From an uncultured Candidatus Saccharibacteria bacterium (GTDB lineage: Bacteria; Patescibacteriota; Saccharimonadia; Saccharimonadales; JACDBH01), in assembly GCA_964431415.1 (NCBI GenBank), contig CAYSJS010000002.1, positions 3,055 to 67,054 of the forward strand: a stretch of 64,000 nt of DNA, written 5' to 3'. Made by a program: the position numbers and the translations under genes. The notes beneath the pieces are model-generated. The model saw nothing but the letters and a program-made list of their open reading frames with translations, did not search any database and was not told the origin of the DNA. Positions 1-9,119 of this stretch are shown piece after piece (positions within the stretch are counted from its first letter, which is position 1; the number at the start of each line of letters is the position of its first letter).

Positions 1-1079
1 GCAACCTTTTTCTGAGTCGGTTTTAGACTGCCCACCAGCAGACTTACCGAGCTCCCCATGCCGACCGCCTCAAACAACTCGCGCAATGTATCGGCATGCT
101 GTCGAGCCAAAAGTTCGGTAGGAGCCATCAGAGCCACTTGTTTACCGCTCGCCATCACCATTAAAGAGGCCATCCCGGCGACGAGCGTCTTTCCTGAACC
201 AACATCACCTTCCAGCAACCGGTTCATCGGCACCACAAAAGGCGACTTCGCGTCAGCACTACCCGCCATATCACGATATATCTGCCATACCGCAGACCGC
301 TGCGCATTGGTAAGCTTGAATGGCAGCGACGCCACAAACTCTTTGGCTAATTGTTGTTTAAACGAAATGCGGGGCGCAAATTCATGCTGGTTTTCTTGTT
401 TGTTAAGCTCGGCAGCGAGCATAAGCTCAAACACTTCTAGAAAAGCAAGACTTTTTTGACTTTGCAAAAACTTTTTCTTGTTTGACGGAAAGTGGACTTC
501 CCTAACTGCTCTCCCGTATGGCATCAGACCAAACTCTTCTCGTATCGACAACGGCAGTGGATCCGGGAGGCTATCGGCTACTTTAAGCACTTGGTACAAG
601 ACCCTGCGTATAAGTGGCGAGGTTATACCTTTAGTTTCTCGGTACACAGGCACTATCCGCGCAGTATGTAGGGTAAAGTCACTGACAAGTTCCGTGCTTG
701 GGTTGGCAATACTGAATTTCTGCGCTTTTAGCTCTAGCTTTCCAGTAATAAAGTACTTAGTTTCGGGTTTCATGCCCGCGACGCGATACGGCTGGTTAAA
801 CCATGTAAGGCGTACACTGCCTGTGGAGTCCGAGGCGATGGCTTCGGTTATGTGCATGCCGCGGCGTACGTAGCGGCCTTTTACACTGTCTATCACCGCT
901 TCTACCGTTACCAAACCAGGAGAAATATCTTTGATTAAGTTTACTTCCGAATAATCTTTATAGGTGCGCGGAAAATAGTCGAGCAGTTCAGCAATAGTAT
1001 TGATGCCTATATGCTTAAACTGCGCAGAAATAGCAGGCCCTACACCTTTTAGATTCATAAGTCCATCGCGCAAATCCAT
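1..1079 (-). CDS. recG: ATP-dependent DNA helicase RecG (N-terminal ~359 aa; 3' end of the gene lies beyond the window start)
   Basis: The minus-strand frame is open from ATG at 1077-1079 to the window edge. It is absent from the ORF track because there is no stop in the window. The translation MDLRDGLMNLKGVGPAI...TGKLELKAQKFSIANP...NRLLEGDVGSGKTLVAGMASLMVMASGKQVALMAPTELLARQHA shows a RecG-type wedge/OB N-terminus followed by the helicase Walker A GSGKT. Confidence 0.85.
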   Translation of the reverse strand, partial: MDLRDGLMNLKGVGPAISAQFKHIGINTIAELLDYFPRTYKDYSEVNLIKDISPGLVTVEAVIDSVKGRYVRRGMHITEAIASDSTGSVRLTWFNQPYRVAGMKPETKYFITGKLELKAQKFSIANPSTELVSDFTLHTARIVPVYRETKGITSPLIRRVLYQVLKVADSLPDPLPLSIREEFGLMPYGRAVREVHFPSNKKKFLQSQKSLAFLEVFELMLAAELNKQENQHEFAPRISFKQQLAKEFVASLPFKLTNAQRSAVWQIYRDMAGSADAKSPFVVPMNRLLEGDVGSGKTLVAGMASLMVMASGKQVALMAPTELLARQHADTLRELFEAVGMGSSVSLLVGSLKPTQKKV

Positions 1080-1159
1080 CGTAGCTAGTCTAGCACGTAT
1101 GCATTCGCGGCCGATACCGACATACCCTTACGGCCATAGCCGAAAAGAGTAACCAGGTT

Positions 1160-4100
1160 TTAGTAGCTTACCGTAACCGAAGGCGAGACGTTATCCGACG
1201 TGTCTTTTGCGTATACGACCGAACCGCTCGGCAGTAACGCTTTGAGACGATTGCAGCTGCTGCCGCCACTAGAACACACCACCGAGCCGTTTGTCTGGTA
1301 GACCGTGACCGAACCTGACGAACCTGACCAGTTAAACGTTACATTTGCCCCGCTCGAAGATTGGTTAAGCGAAATAGGCGTTATTGACTCTGATGAACTT
1401 GTTGCACTATACAGCACGCTGTCGAGTACTTGAACGGCAATAGCGTGCGTACCGCCAGATGTGGGGGTATATGACGTGTTATAGCTATATACGCCGTCGG
1501 TAATATCAAAACTTTGCACTGTTTGACCATCTACGAGAATGTTAACCTTACCCGCACCTTTTTCGGTATTGCCGGCAAGCGGATGCGTCCCCTGTCCTAT
1601 CGTTGCCGTAACACTATAGGAATTCCCGGTTCCGCCAGAAACACTGACGCTCGCCGTTGGCTTACTATCAGCACAATCATGGACATCGTCCTTCTCTTCG
1701 GTGTTGGCGGCGCCCGTTACAAACGTGTCCCCACTAAACGCGCTGGCCCCGGCACTATCCAGCTCTTTCTTAGCATTTTCCGGCGTACATTCGGTTGCCA
1801 GCTTGTTAGAAATTACGTCAATCGTCTGCTTTTTGCCATTCGTTGAGTTCTTACTCTTGTACCACGACGGATACAGATCATTGCTTGGACTTGGCTCAAT
1901 TGAACCGTATCCCACGTGACTTGTTATGACAAACGCCGGTAACGTCTGGACTCCACTCGGCTTGACACGTTCTACAGGTGCCAGATCCTGGTGCGCGGCA
2001 GTCATAAAGCCTTTCCATATTGGAAGAGTCATATTTTCCATACTGCCGCTCATTGCACGGGTATGGTCATGATAGCCAACCCACACACCGGCTGCATATT
2101 TTGTAGAGAATCCGAGCATGAGTCCGTCTTTTGCGTCATTCGTCGTACCGGTTTTGATGCCAAATTTCCACGTTCCCTTGCTGTTCGTATAACGATGGGG
2201 TTTTGGACTACCGAAGTAACTGGCATTTGGATCGGAAATCATGTCAGCCAGAATATACGCTGAATCCTGTCGAACGGCTTGCGTGCCGGCGCTCGGCTTC
2301 CATTCGTCGAGCGTATTATTGTTATCGTCCACGACTTTCAGGATGTACGATTGAGGAAGATTAAGACCGTTCCTCGATAGCGAGGCATAACCATGCACGT
2401 GCTCGTCGAGTTTAAGGTACGCGCCGTCGCCGATGGCCGAAGACGAGTAGCAAGGAGCCTCGTTTGCAGAGATGAGCTCAGTTGCACCCTGCTTATAACA
2501 CTTATAGCCAAAGGCGTGTCCATTGCCTGGGTCCATCAGCTTTCCGGCAAGGGTGATCGTTTTTTCAATGCCAGCAGTAAGCATTGCTTTAACCGCCGGA
2601 ACGTTACGAGAACCGCCGATGGCATAGCGTAGTGTTACTGGTCCGGGGTACGTACGGCTAAAGTCGAACAAACAGTTACCGCCGTTTTCTGGCAAAGCTT
2701 TATTAGTACACGGGTATCCGGGCAAAGGCCCCTGCGTATCATACAAAACAGATCCGGCGCCGAAGTTAGTGGTGTTTTCCATCAGAGAAGTATAGTCATA
2801 TGCCTTAAAGCTTGAACCTGGCGGCAGCGGCAGCCGAGCGTAGTTATTTTCTCCGAATACACCGTTAGAGAAATCCGGTCCGCCGACAAGCGCGACGACT
2901 TGCCCAGTCTCAACGTCCTCCGCTACAAATGCGGCCGTGTCACCACCCTGAGCACGCACCTTAGCCATTCCCTTGGCCACTTGCTCCTCGGCAACCTTCT
3001 GTAAGTTCATGTCCAGCGTGGTCGTCACCTTCCAACCACCGCGCTTGTAGGTTTGCTCGAACTGATATTCAAGCTGTTCTTTGGCGGCCAGTACAAAATA
3101 GGGAGCTGTGATACTTCCGTACTTATCGGGCTTTTCCATATTCACTTTTGCAAGAATATCAATCTTTTTAGCTTCGTCCCTTTGAGCTTTGGTTATTTTG
3201 CCGGTCTGCTCCATAACATCCAGGGTATAGTGCATACGGCTGACAACATCCTCGCGCCCGCCATTTTCAAAGAGTGGTCCATAGGGCGAAAAATATGAAG
3301 GAGACTTAGGTATAGATGCCAAAAATGCCGCTTCATCAAGCGTAAGATCTTTTGCAGATTTTTTAAAATAATCTCGGGCGGCAGCCTCAACACCGTACTG
3401 GATGTTGCCGTACGGGGCGGTATTTAGGTAGCCCGTAAGTATTTCGTCTTTTGAGTAGCTTCTTTCGAGTTCCACCGAAAGGATGAGTTCTTTGATTTTA
3501 CGTGTATAGGAGCGGTCTTTTGTCCAGTCTTGAGTAAGCTTAACCAGCTGCTGCGTAATAGTAGAGCCACCCTGGCTGGTCGTACCGCCAGTGATGTTCT
3601 TTACGCCGGCACGGATTATACCCTTTAAGTCAAAGCCGCCATGATTATAAAACTCACGGTCTTCTATCGCTACGGTCGCGTCTTTAACATACTGCGAAAT
3701 CTGCGTTCCTTCGACCGGTATGCGCTTGACCGCATCATAATCTTCCCAAAGAAGGGTTTGGCCTGTCTTGTCGTAATACCGTATGCTGCCGCCGATATTA
3801 TCGCCGGAGATATCTTTTAAGTTGGGCAGATCCTTCCTAAAATAAGCAAAAACGCCAACCAACAAGATAAACACTGCAACTATACCGATACCAATGAGCT
3901 TAAGGGCCATAAGGCCGCCCTCTCGGCTAAACCAGTATTTATACAGGCGCTTCGGATGCATACGGTAAAAGAATCGCTTTATACGTCCTTTGGGCATGTC
4001 GCGGAGCAGTTCCGCCTTGCGCAGCTCTTTGCGGTCACGGTGCGCGATATAACGCTGCATTAACCCGTACTTAAGCTTAATCTTTTGTCCGCTCTTTGTG

Positions 4101-4162
4101 GTGTATACGTTCGGCTTGTTTGATTTTGGCTTTCGGGCAGTGGTTTTCTTAGATGTAGCCAT
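1160..4162 (-). CDS. Class A penicillin-binding protein (bifunctional glycosyltransferase/transpeptidase, PBP1A-like) with a long C-terminal extension
   Basis: 1000-aa ORF with a basic cytoplasmic tail and one TM (LIGIGIVAVFILLVGVFAYF). GT51 motifs EDREFYNHGGFD and GGSTITQQL are present, as are the transpeptidase motifs SSFK, SRN and KTGT. The last ~250 aa are Ser/Thr/Gly-rich and look beta-rich. Confidence 0.9.
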   Translation of the reverse strand: MATSKKTTARKPKSNKPNVYTTKSGQKIKLKYGLMQRYIAHRDRKELRKAELLRDMPKGRIKRFFYRMHPKRLYKYWFSREGGLMALKLIGIGIVAVFILLVGVFAYFRKDLPNLKDISGDNIGGSIRYYDKTGQTLLWEDYDAVKRIPVEGTQISQYVKDATVAIEDREFYNHGGFDLKGIIRAGVKNITGGTTSQGGSTITQQLVKLTQDWTKDRSYTRKIKELILSVELERSYSKDEILTGYLNTAPYGNIQYGVEAAARDYFKKSAKDLTLDEAAFLASIPKSPSYFSPYGPLFENGGREDVVSRMHYTLDVMEQTGKITKAQRDEAKKIDILAKVNMEKPDKYGSITAPYFVLAAKEQLEYQFEQTYKRGGWKVTTTLDMNLQKVAEEQVAKGMAKVRAQGGDTAAFVAEDVETGQVVALVGGPDFSNGVFGENNYARLPLPPGSSFKAYDYTSLMENTTNFGAGSVLYDTQGPLPGYPCTNKALPENGGNCLFDFSRTYPGPVTLRYAIGGSRNVPAVKAMLTAGIEKTITLAGKLMDPGNGHAFGYKCYKQGATELISANEAPCYSSSAIGDGAYLKLDEHVHGYASLSRNGLNLPQSYILKVVDDNNNTLDEWKPSAGTQAVRQDSAYILADMISDPNASYFGSPKPHRYTNSKGTWKFGIKTGTTNDAKDGLMLGFSTKYAAGVWVGYHDHTRAMSGSMENMTLPIWKGFMTAAHQDLAPVERVKPSGVQTLPAFVITSHVGYGSIEPSPSNDLYPSWYKSKNSTNGKKQTIDVISNKLATECTPENAKKELDSAGASAFSGDTFVTGAANTEEKDDVHDCADSKPTASVSVSGGTGNSYSVTATIGQGTHPLAGNTEKGAGKVNILVDGQTVQSFDITDGVYSYNTSYTPTSGGTHAIAVQVLDSVLYSATSSSESITPISLNQSSSGANVTFNWSGSSGSVTVYQTNGSVVCSSGGSSCNRLKALLPSGSVVYAKDTSDNVSPSVTVSY

Positions 4163-4369
4163 AGAAGTTAATTAATGCTCCTTATACTAACGGCTATTAT
4201 AGCAAAGCACTTTCGGAACAAAAACTTACAAAAAGTTGCATTTTATGTCTTAAACGCAGCCGTTTTGCGCTATACTTGGATCTGTAAACTCATTTTCCAT
4301 GCAGGCAGTACTAATCAAAAACGTATGCCGCTACGGACATGAGAATCACCAACTAACGAGAGTAAAAAC

Positions 4370-5623
4370 ATGACATTATCCGAAGAACTCGCCTGGCGCG
4401 GCTTTGTGAACCAAACAACTTTCAAGCAGATAAGCGAGCTGGACGACACGACACGCACGTTCTACTTTGGCGTCGACCCGAGCGCCGACTCAATGCAAAT
4501 CGGTAACCTGGCTGCAGCAATGATGGCGCGAGTGTTTATCCAGCACGGCTACAGGGCAATTCTTTTAGTTGGGGGTGCTACCGGCATGATCGGCGATCCG
4601 GACGGAAAAAGCGAGGAGCGCACGCTAAAGTCTCTGGATGAAATTGCCCGAAACAAGGCCGGTATAGCCGCTCAGTACTCACGAGTTTTTAATGATGTGC
4701 CGTTTGAGGTAGTCGACAACTACGACTGGTTTAAAAACCTAAACTACCTCGAGTTTCTTCGGGATGTCGGTAAGCACGTACCGATGCGTCAAATGCTTGG
4801 CCGTGAATTTGTGCAGTCTCGTCTAAGTGAAGATGGCGCAGGGATTAGTTATGCCGAGTTTAGTTATGCACTTATACAAGGCTATGACTTTTTGCACTTA
4901 TATAAAGAAAAAGGCGTAACCCTTCAGCTGTGCGGGGCCGACCAATGGGGCAACAGTATTGCTGGGGTCGAACTTATTCGCCGCATCGAAGGCGGTGAAG
5001 CGCATATATGGTCTACTCCCCTCATTATCAACCGCGCCACCGGCAGAAAATTTGGCAAAACCGAAGGCGGAGCTATTTGGCTGGACGAGTCTAAGACCAG
5101 CATCTACAAGTTTTACCAGTTCTGGCTTAACGCCGATGACGAAGGTGTTGAAGAGTATTTAAAAATTTTTACACCCCTGCAAAAAGAAGCAGTGGATGCA
5201 GTTATGAAAGAGTTTAAGGCCCATCCAGAACAACGACACGCTCAAAAAACCCTTGCCCTAGAGGTAACAAAGCTGGTTCATGGCAAGGCACGTGCCCTAG
5301 CCGTTCAAAAACTGAGCAGTGTGCTTTTTGGCGGTACACCATATGCAGAGCTTGAAGCAAGTGACTTTGAGCTTTTACTCGGCGAGTTGCCTGTTGTTGA
5401 AGCCATAAAAAACGAGACCACACTTATTGCCGGACTCACTACGGCCGGACTTGCGCCCACAAATAGCGAGGCGCGTAGGCTGCTCGCAAGCAACGCCGTG
5501 TATATTAACGGCTCACAAATTCCACTGAACAAAACACTTTTTGATGACATGGATGACATTAAGGGCTTTGCCGTACTGCGCGTAGGCAAGAACAAGAACG
5601 CCGTTGTTCGGTTCCAAGCCTAA
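4370..5623 (+). CDS. tyrS: Tyrosine--tRNA ligase
   Basis: 417-aa ORF with a class I aaRS core: GADQWGN, a KFGKT (KMSKS-type) loop, and a C-terminal S4-like RNA-binding domain (EARRLLASNAVYINGSQI). Confidence 0.93.
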   Translation: MTLSEELAWRGFVNQTTFKQISELDDTTRTFYFGVDPSADSMQIGNLAAAMMARVFIQHGYRAILLVGGATGMIGDPDGKSEERTLKSLDEIARNKAGIAAQYSRVFNDVPFEVVDNYDWFKNLNYLEFLRDVGKHVPMRQMLGREFVQSRLSEDGAGISYAEFSYALIQGYDFLHLYKEKGVTLQLCGADQWGNSIAGVELIRRIEGGEAHIWSTPLIINRATGRKFGKTEGGAIWLDESKTSIYKFYQFWLNADDEGVEEYLKIFTPLQKEAVDAVMKEFKAHPEQRHAQKTLALEVTKLVHGKARALAVQKLSSVLFGGTPYAELEASDFELLLGELPVVEAIKNETTLIAGLTTAGLAPTNSEARRLLASNAVYINGSQIPLNKTLFDDMDDIKGFAVLRVGKNKNAVVRFQA

Positions 5624-5686
5624 AGCTTCTAAAAGGGACCGGAAACTTAAAACCGCACCACTAAAATAGGCTATACTTACTTATAT

Positions 5687-6973
5687 ATGCGTTTTATTGC
5701 ACTCCTTATCGGCAAGTCAATATTAAAGGGTTTGCGCACTCTCGGGCGCAGCGGTTCTGCACTACCCGGCCTGGTAATCGAAAAAATGCAGCCGCATTTC
5801 CTGCACGACATGCTCAAACAACTACCGGAGGGTGTGATTATTGTTACTGGTACCAACGGAAAGACCACAACCACAAAAATGATTGCATCTCTGCTAGAAG
5901 CACACGGCAAAAAGGTGCTCACTAATCGTACGGGCAGCAACTTTGTCCGGGGAATTGTCACTACGGTAGTCGATAAAGCTAGCTTCAGCGGCAACCTAGC
6001 TTACGACGTTGCTGTTTTTGAACAGGACGAAGCGCACGCTGTGCATTTTGTGCATCAAGTGAAGCCCAGAGGTGTAGTGGTGCTTAATATTATGCGTGAC
6101 CAAATGGATCGTTTTGGCGAAATCGACACCACCGCTCAGCTACTGCAGAAGGTAGTGAGCAGTGCAACCGAGTGGGCCATTTTGAATGCTAATGACGAAA
6201 GAGTAGCGCGTCTGACGCCGTCGGAGCCGGCACAAATAGTATGGTATGGACACGCCAAGGCTCTGCAAGATGACTTCTTAACCGACGACCAGTTTCATCA
6301 CGACGATAAAACAACCTATACCTGCGCGGGCAAGATGCGTACCGAACTCCTCAGTTTTAAGGATGATTCAGTAACAATCGCTCAGAACGAAAGAAAAACC
6401 GTCTATAAAAGCCCCATAAGCGGTAGCCATAATGCGATCAATCTAACTGCCGCATTGGCCGCGCTCGAAGTACTCGTCCCAGAAGACGACCCAACTATTA
6501 CTCATGCCGCCGTAAGCCGGCTCGAACCCGCCTTTGGACGCGGCGAGACAATACATATAAAGAATGGTGCCGCCGTCACTTTGCAGCTCGTTAAAAATCC
6601 GGGCGGCTTCACCCATGCGCTCCGCACTTTGGCGGCGCAGCCATATACAACTGTAGGCATATCTATAAACGACGACTACGCCGATGGCCGGGACGTGTCC
6701 TGGCTTTGGGATGTTGACTTTCAGATACTCTCATCATTTATAGGCGGGGTTATATGCGGCGGAACGCGGGCGGCAGATATGGCGGTGCGCCTAAAGTACG
6801 ACGAAGTTTCTGCCAGAGAAATACAGCCCGAACTCGCAGACTTCGTGCAAGAAATAGTCAGCACGCTGGATCAGACAGATACTGCAATTATTTTCTGCAC
6901 CTATACGGCTATGCTGCGTATTCGTAAACTACTTACGGAGTATGCCGACGATATATATGAGGTACGCGTATGA
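5687..6973 (+). CDS. murT: Lipid II isoglutaminyl synthase, ligase subunit MurT
   Basis: 428-aa ORF with the Mur-ligase P-loop GTNGKTTTT, the MurT-typical MRDQMDRFGEID, and the C-terminal DGRDVSWLWDVDF (DUF1727-type) motif. Its stop overlaps the gatD start (ATGA at 6970-6973). Confidence 0.9.
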   Translation: MRFIALLIGKSILKGLRTLGRSGSALPGLVIEKMQPHFLHDMLKQLPEGVIIVTGTNGKTTTTKMIASLLEAHGKKVLTNRTGSNFVRGIVTTVVDKASFSGNLAYDVAVFEQDEAHAVHFVHQVKPRGVVVLNIMRDQMDRFGEIDTTAQLLQKVVSSATEWAILNANDERVARLTPSEPAQIVWYGHAKALQDDFLTDDQFHHDDKTTYTCAGKMRTELLSFKDDSVTIAQNERKTVYKSPISGSHNAINLTAALAALEVLVPEDDPTITHAAVSRLEPAFGRGETIHIKNGAAVTLQLVKNPGGFTHALRTLAAQPYTTVGISINDDYADGRDVSWLWDVDFQILSSFIGGVICGGTRAADMAVRLKYDEVSAREIQPELADFVQEIVSTLDQTDTAIIFCTYTAMLRIRKLLTEYADDIYEVRV

Positions 6974-7692
6974 GCCATAAACCGATCATCCACATTGTTC
7001 ACTTATACCCCAAAGAAATGAATATCTATGGTGACACAGGCAACGTATTGGTTCTCTTGAAGCGGCTCGAATGGAGAGGCCTAGAGGTGCGCCTCAGCCG
7101 GGTCGGGGTTGGACAAACTATACCACCGGACGCCGACATTATTATTGGCGGCGGCGGCCAGGACGCCGGTCAAGACAAGATTCAGTCCGACCTGCAAGCC
7201 AAAGCGGAGTCTTTACATAAAATGGCCGAAGCTGGCGTGGTCATGCTCATGATATGTGGCATGTACCAGTTATTTGGGAGAAAGTTTACGACCAAGGACG
7301 GTATTGTTATAAAAGGGATTGGCATTTTGCCGCTCGAAACTACCGGAGGGTCCACGCGGTTCATTGGCAACACTATATATGACACACCTTTTGGTGAGGT
7401 TGTCGGCTATGAAAATCATAGCGGCATAACCACCTTAGACGACTCATCCCTAGCGCTTGGTGTGGTTACGAAAGGCGCCGGCAATAACGGACAAGACAAG
7501 ACAGAAGGCTGCGTGGTTAATAATATATTTGGCAGCTATTCGCACGGACCTCTGCTTACTAAAAACCCGGCACTCGCCGATGAGCTACTTCGAAGAGCGC
7601 TCACGAGAAAAGGACATAGCGAACCGCTGCCGCCGCTCGATGACACGTACGAACAAAACGCACACGACTGCGCTATGCATCGCCCCCGTTAG
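6970..7692 (+). CDS. gatD: Lipid II isoglutaminyl synthase, glutaminase subunit GatD (CobQ-type amidotransferase)
   Basis: 240-aa ORF with nucleophile context MLMICGMYQLFG and the GYENHSG and SYSHGPLLTKNP motifs remembered from Staphylococcus/Streptococcus GatD. It is translationally coupled to murT. Confidence 0.9.
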   Translation: MSHKPIIHIVHLYPKEMNIYGDTGNVLVLLKRLEWRGLEVRLSRVGVGQTIPPDADIIIGGGGQDAGQDKIQSDLQAKAESLHKMAEAGVVMLMICGMYQLFGRKFTTKDGIVIKGIGILPLETTGGSTRFIGNTIYDTPFGEVVGYENHSGITTLDDSSLALGVVTKGAGNNGQDKTEGCVVNNIFGSYSHGPLLTKNPALADELLRRALTRKGHSEPLPPLDDTYEQNAHDCAMHRPR

Positions 7693-7712
7693 TACTCTTT
7701 ACTAGTAAGTGC

Positions 7713-9059
7713 CTAGTCTTTTTCTAAAAACTGATTTAACGCCGTACGAATGTCACGAACCGGCAGTAAAAAGCTACCCGCCTTACTTTTTGCCTGCGGC
7801 GGGCCGATAGCACCAACAAAGCCGAGCTTTTGTGCCTCGGCAATGCGCTTTTCAGTAAAGGCAACCCGGCGCACCTCACCGCTCAGACCAACTTCGCCAA
7901 ACACAACGGCATCCTTTTTTAACTGCATACCTTTAGCCGCAGAAGCAATCGCCATACACACCGCCAAATCCGCTGCCGGTTCGGTGATCTTCAGGCCGCC
8001 CACAATGTTGATGTATACGTCTTTATCTGCCAGCTGCAGTTTAGTGCGCCGCTCAAGCATTGCAATAAGCAAATTAACCCGATTCAGATCTATGCCGCTC
8101 GCTGCCCGTTTTGGGTATCCATAAGACGTAGTGTTGACCAGTGCCTGCACTTCTACCAGTAATGGTCTAACGCCTTCGAGCGTAGCTAACACAACTGAGC
8201 CGTCACTTACTTGACGCTCGGCAAGTAGTGCAGCCGACGGATTATCGACCGGTTGGAGTCCCGTTTCGCCCATTTCGTATATAGCCGACTCATTAGTGCT
8301 GCCAAATCGATTTTTTACACTTCGAAGCACCTTAAAGCCACCGTATCGGTCGCCCTCCAGCTGCAAAACAACGTCAACAACGTGTTCAAGCACTTTTGGT
8401 CCTGCGATCGAACCTTCTTTAGTCACATGCCCAACCAATAATAATGCGGTGTTACTTTTCTTAGCTGCCGACATAAGCAAATGGGCCGAGTTAGTAATCT
8501 GACCGACCGAACCGGCGGCAGAGGTAACAGAGGAAACCGTTATAGTCTGAATTGAGTCAACTACCACCAGGTCGTAATCGCCGCTTGCAACGGTTGCCGC
8601 GATATCATCGGCCGAATTACTGCTTGTCAGTGAAAGATCCGCTGCAGCCGCGCCAAGCCGCGCCGCACGCATCCCCACCTGCTGTACCGACTCCTCGCCG
8701 CTCACATACAGCACTGTAACGCTTTGCGCAGCCGCGTACGCCACTTGCAGTAAAAGCGTGCTTTTTCCTATGCCCGGCTGTCCCGCAAGAAGCGTTACGC
8801 TGCCTTTCACAAAACCACCGCCAAGCACTTCATCCATCGACTGACTGCCGCTCGGAATACGAGACGACATCTTCTGAGAAGTAACTTCGGTGCTTGCAAT
8901 GACCGTAAGTTTCTTGCCCGATGCGCTCATAGCCCCTAGGTCGCTTACCTGCTCTATGAGCGTATTCCATTCGCCACATACGCTACACTTACCCATCCAC
9001 GAGCTGTGGTGAGCGCCGCAGTTACTGCAAATGAAGGTGGTGGTACTTTTTTTCGCCAT
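7713..9059 (-). CDS. radA: DNA repair protein RadA/Sms
   Basis: 448 aa with an N-terminal C4 zinc finger (CSNCGAHHSSWMGKCSVCGEW), Walker A GQPGIGKST, the RadA-specific KNRFG, and a Lon-protease-like C-terminal domain. Confidence 0.95.
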   Translation of the reverse strand: MAKKSTTTFICSNCGAHHSSWMGKCSVCGEWNTLIEQVSDLGAMSASGKKLTVIASTEVTSQKMSSRIPSGSQSMDEVLGGGFVKGSVTLLAGQPGIGKSTLLLQVAYAAAQSVTVLYVSGEESVQQVGMRAARLGAAAADLSLTSSNSADDIAATVASGDYDLVVVDSIQTITVSSVTSAAGSVGQITNSAHLLMSAAKKSNTALLLVGHVTKEGSIAGPKVLEHVVDVVLQLEGDRYGGFKVLRSVKNRFGSTNESAIYEMGETGLQPVDNPSAALLAERQVSDGSVVLATLEGVRPLLVEVQALVNTTSYGYPKRAASGIDLNRVNLLIAMLERRTKLQLADKDVYINIVGGLKITEPAADLAVCMAIASAAKGMQLKKDAVVFGEVGLSGEVRRVAFTEKRIAEAQKLGFVGAIGPPQAKSKAGSFLLPVRDIRTALNQFLEKD

Positions 9060-9119
9060 AGTTTACTTTAGTGTACCAGATAATACACCTACCGGATTCA
9101 TCGACACAATACTACTGTA

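Noticed and set aside
58-873. Track ORFs 58-459 (+) and 478-873 (+)
   Set aside because: Both lie antisense to a clearly recognisable recG reading frame (Walker A GSGKT and the rest of the gene). Their translations are low-complexity (Ser/Arg/Cys-rich) with no motifs.
4163-4369. Possible T-box leader or small RNA in the 207-nt region upstream of tyrS
   Set aside because: I found no T-box consensus (AGGGUGGNACCGCG-like), no specifier-loop arrangement and no terminator/antiterminator pair. There is only a 7-bp bulged hairpin with no U-tract. The region is more simply a divergent promoter region for the PBP gene and tyrS.
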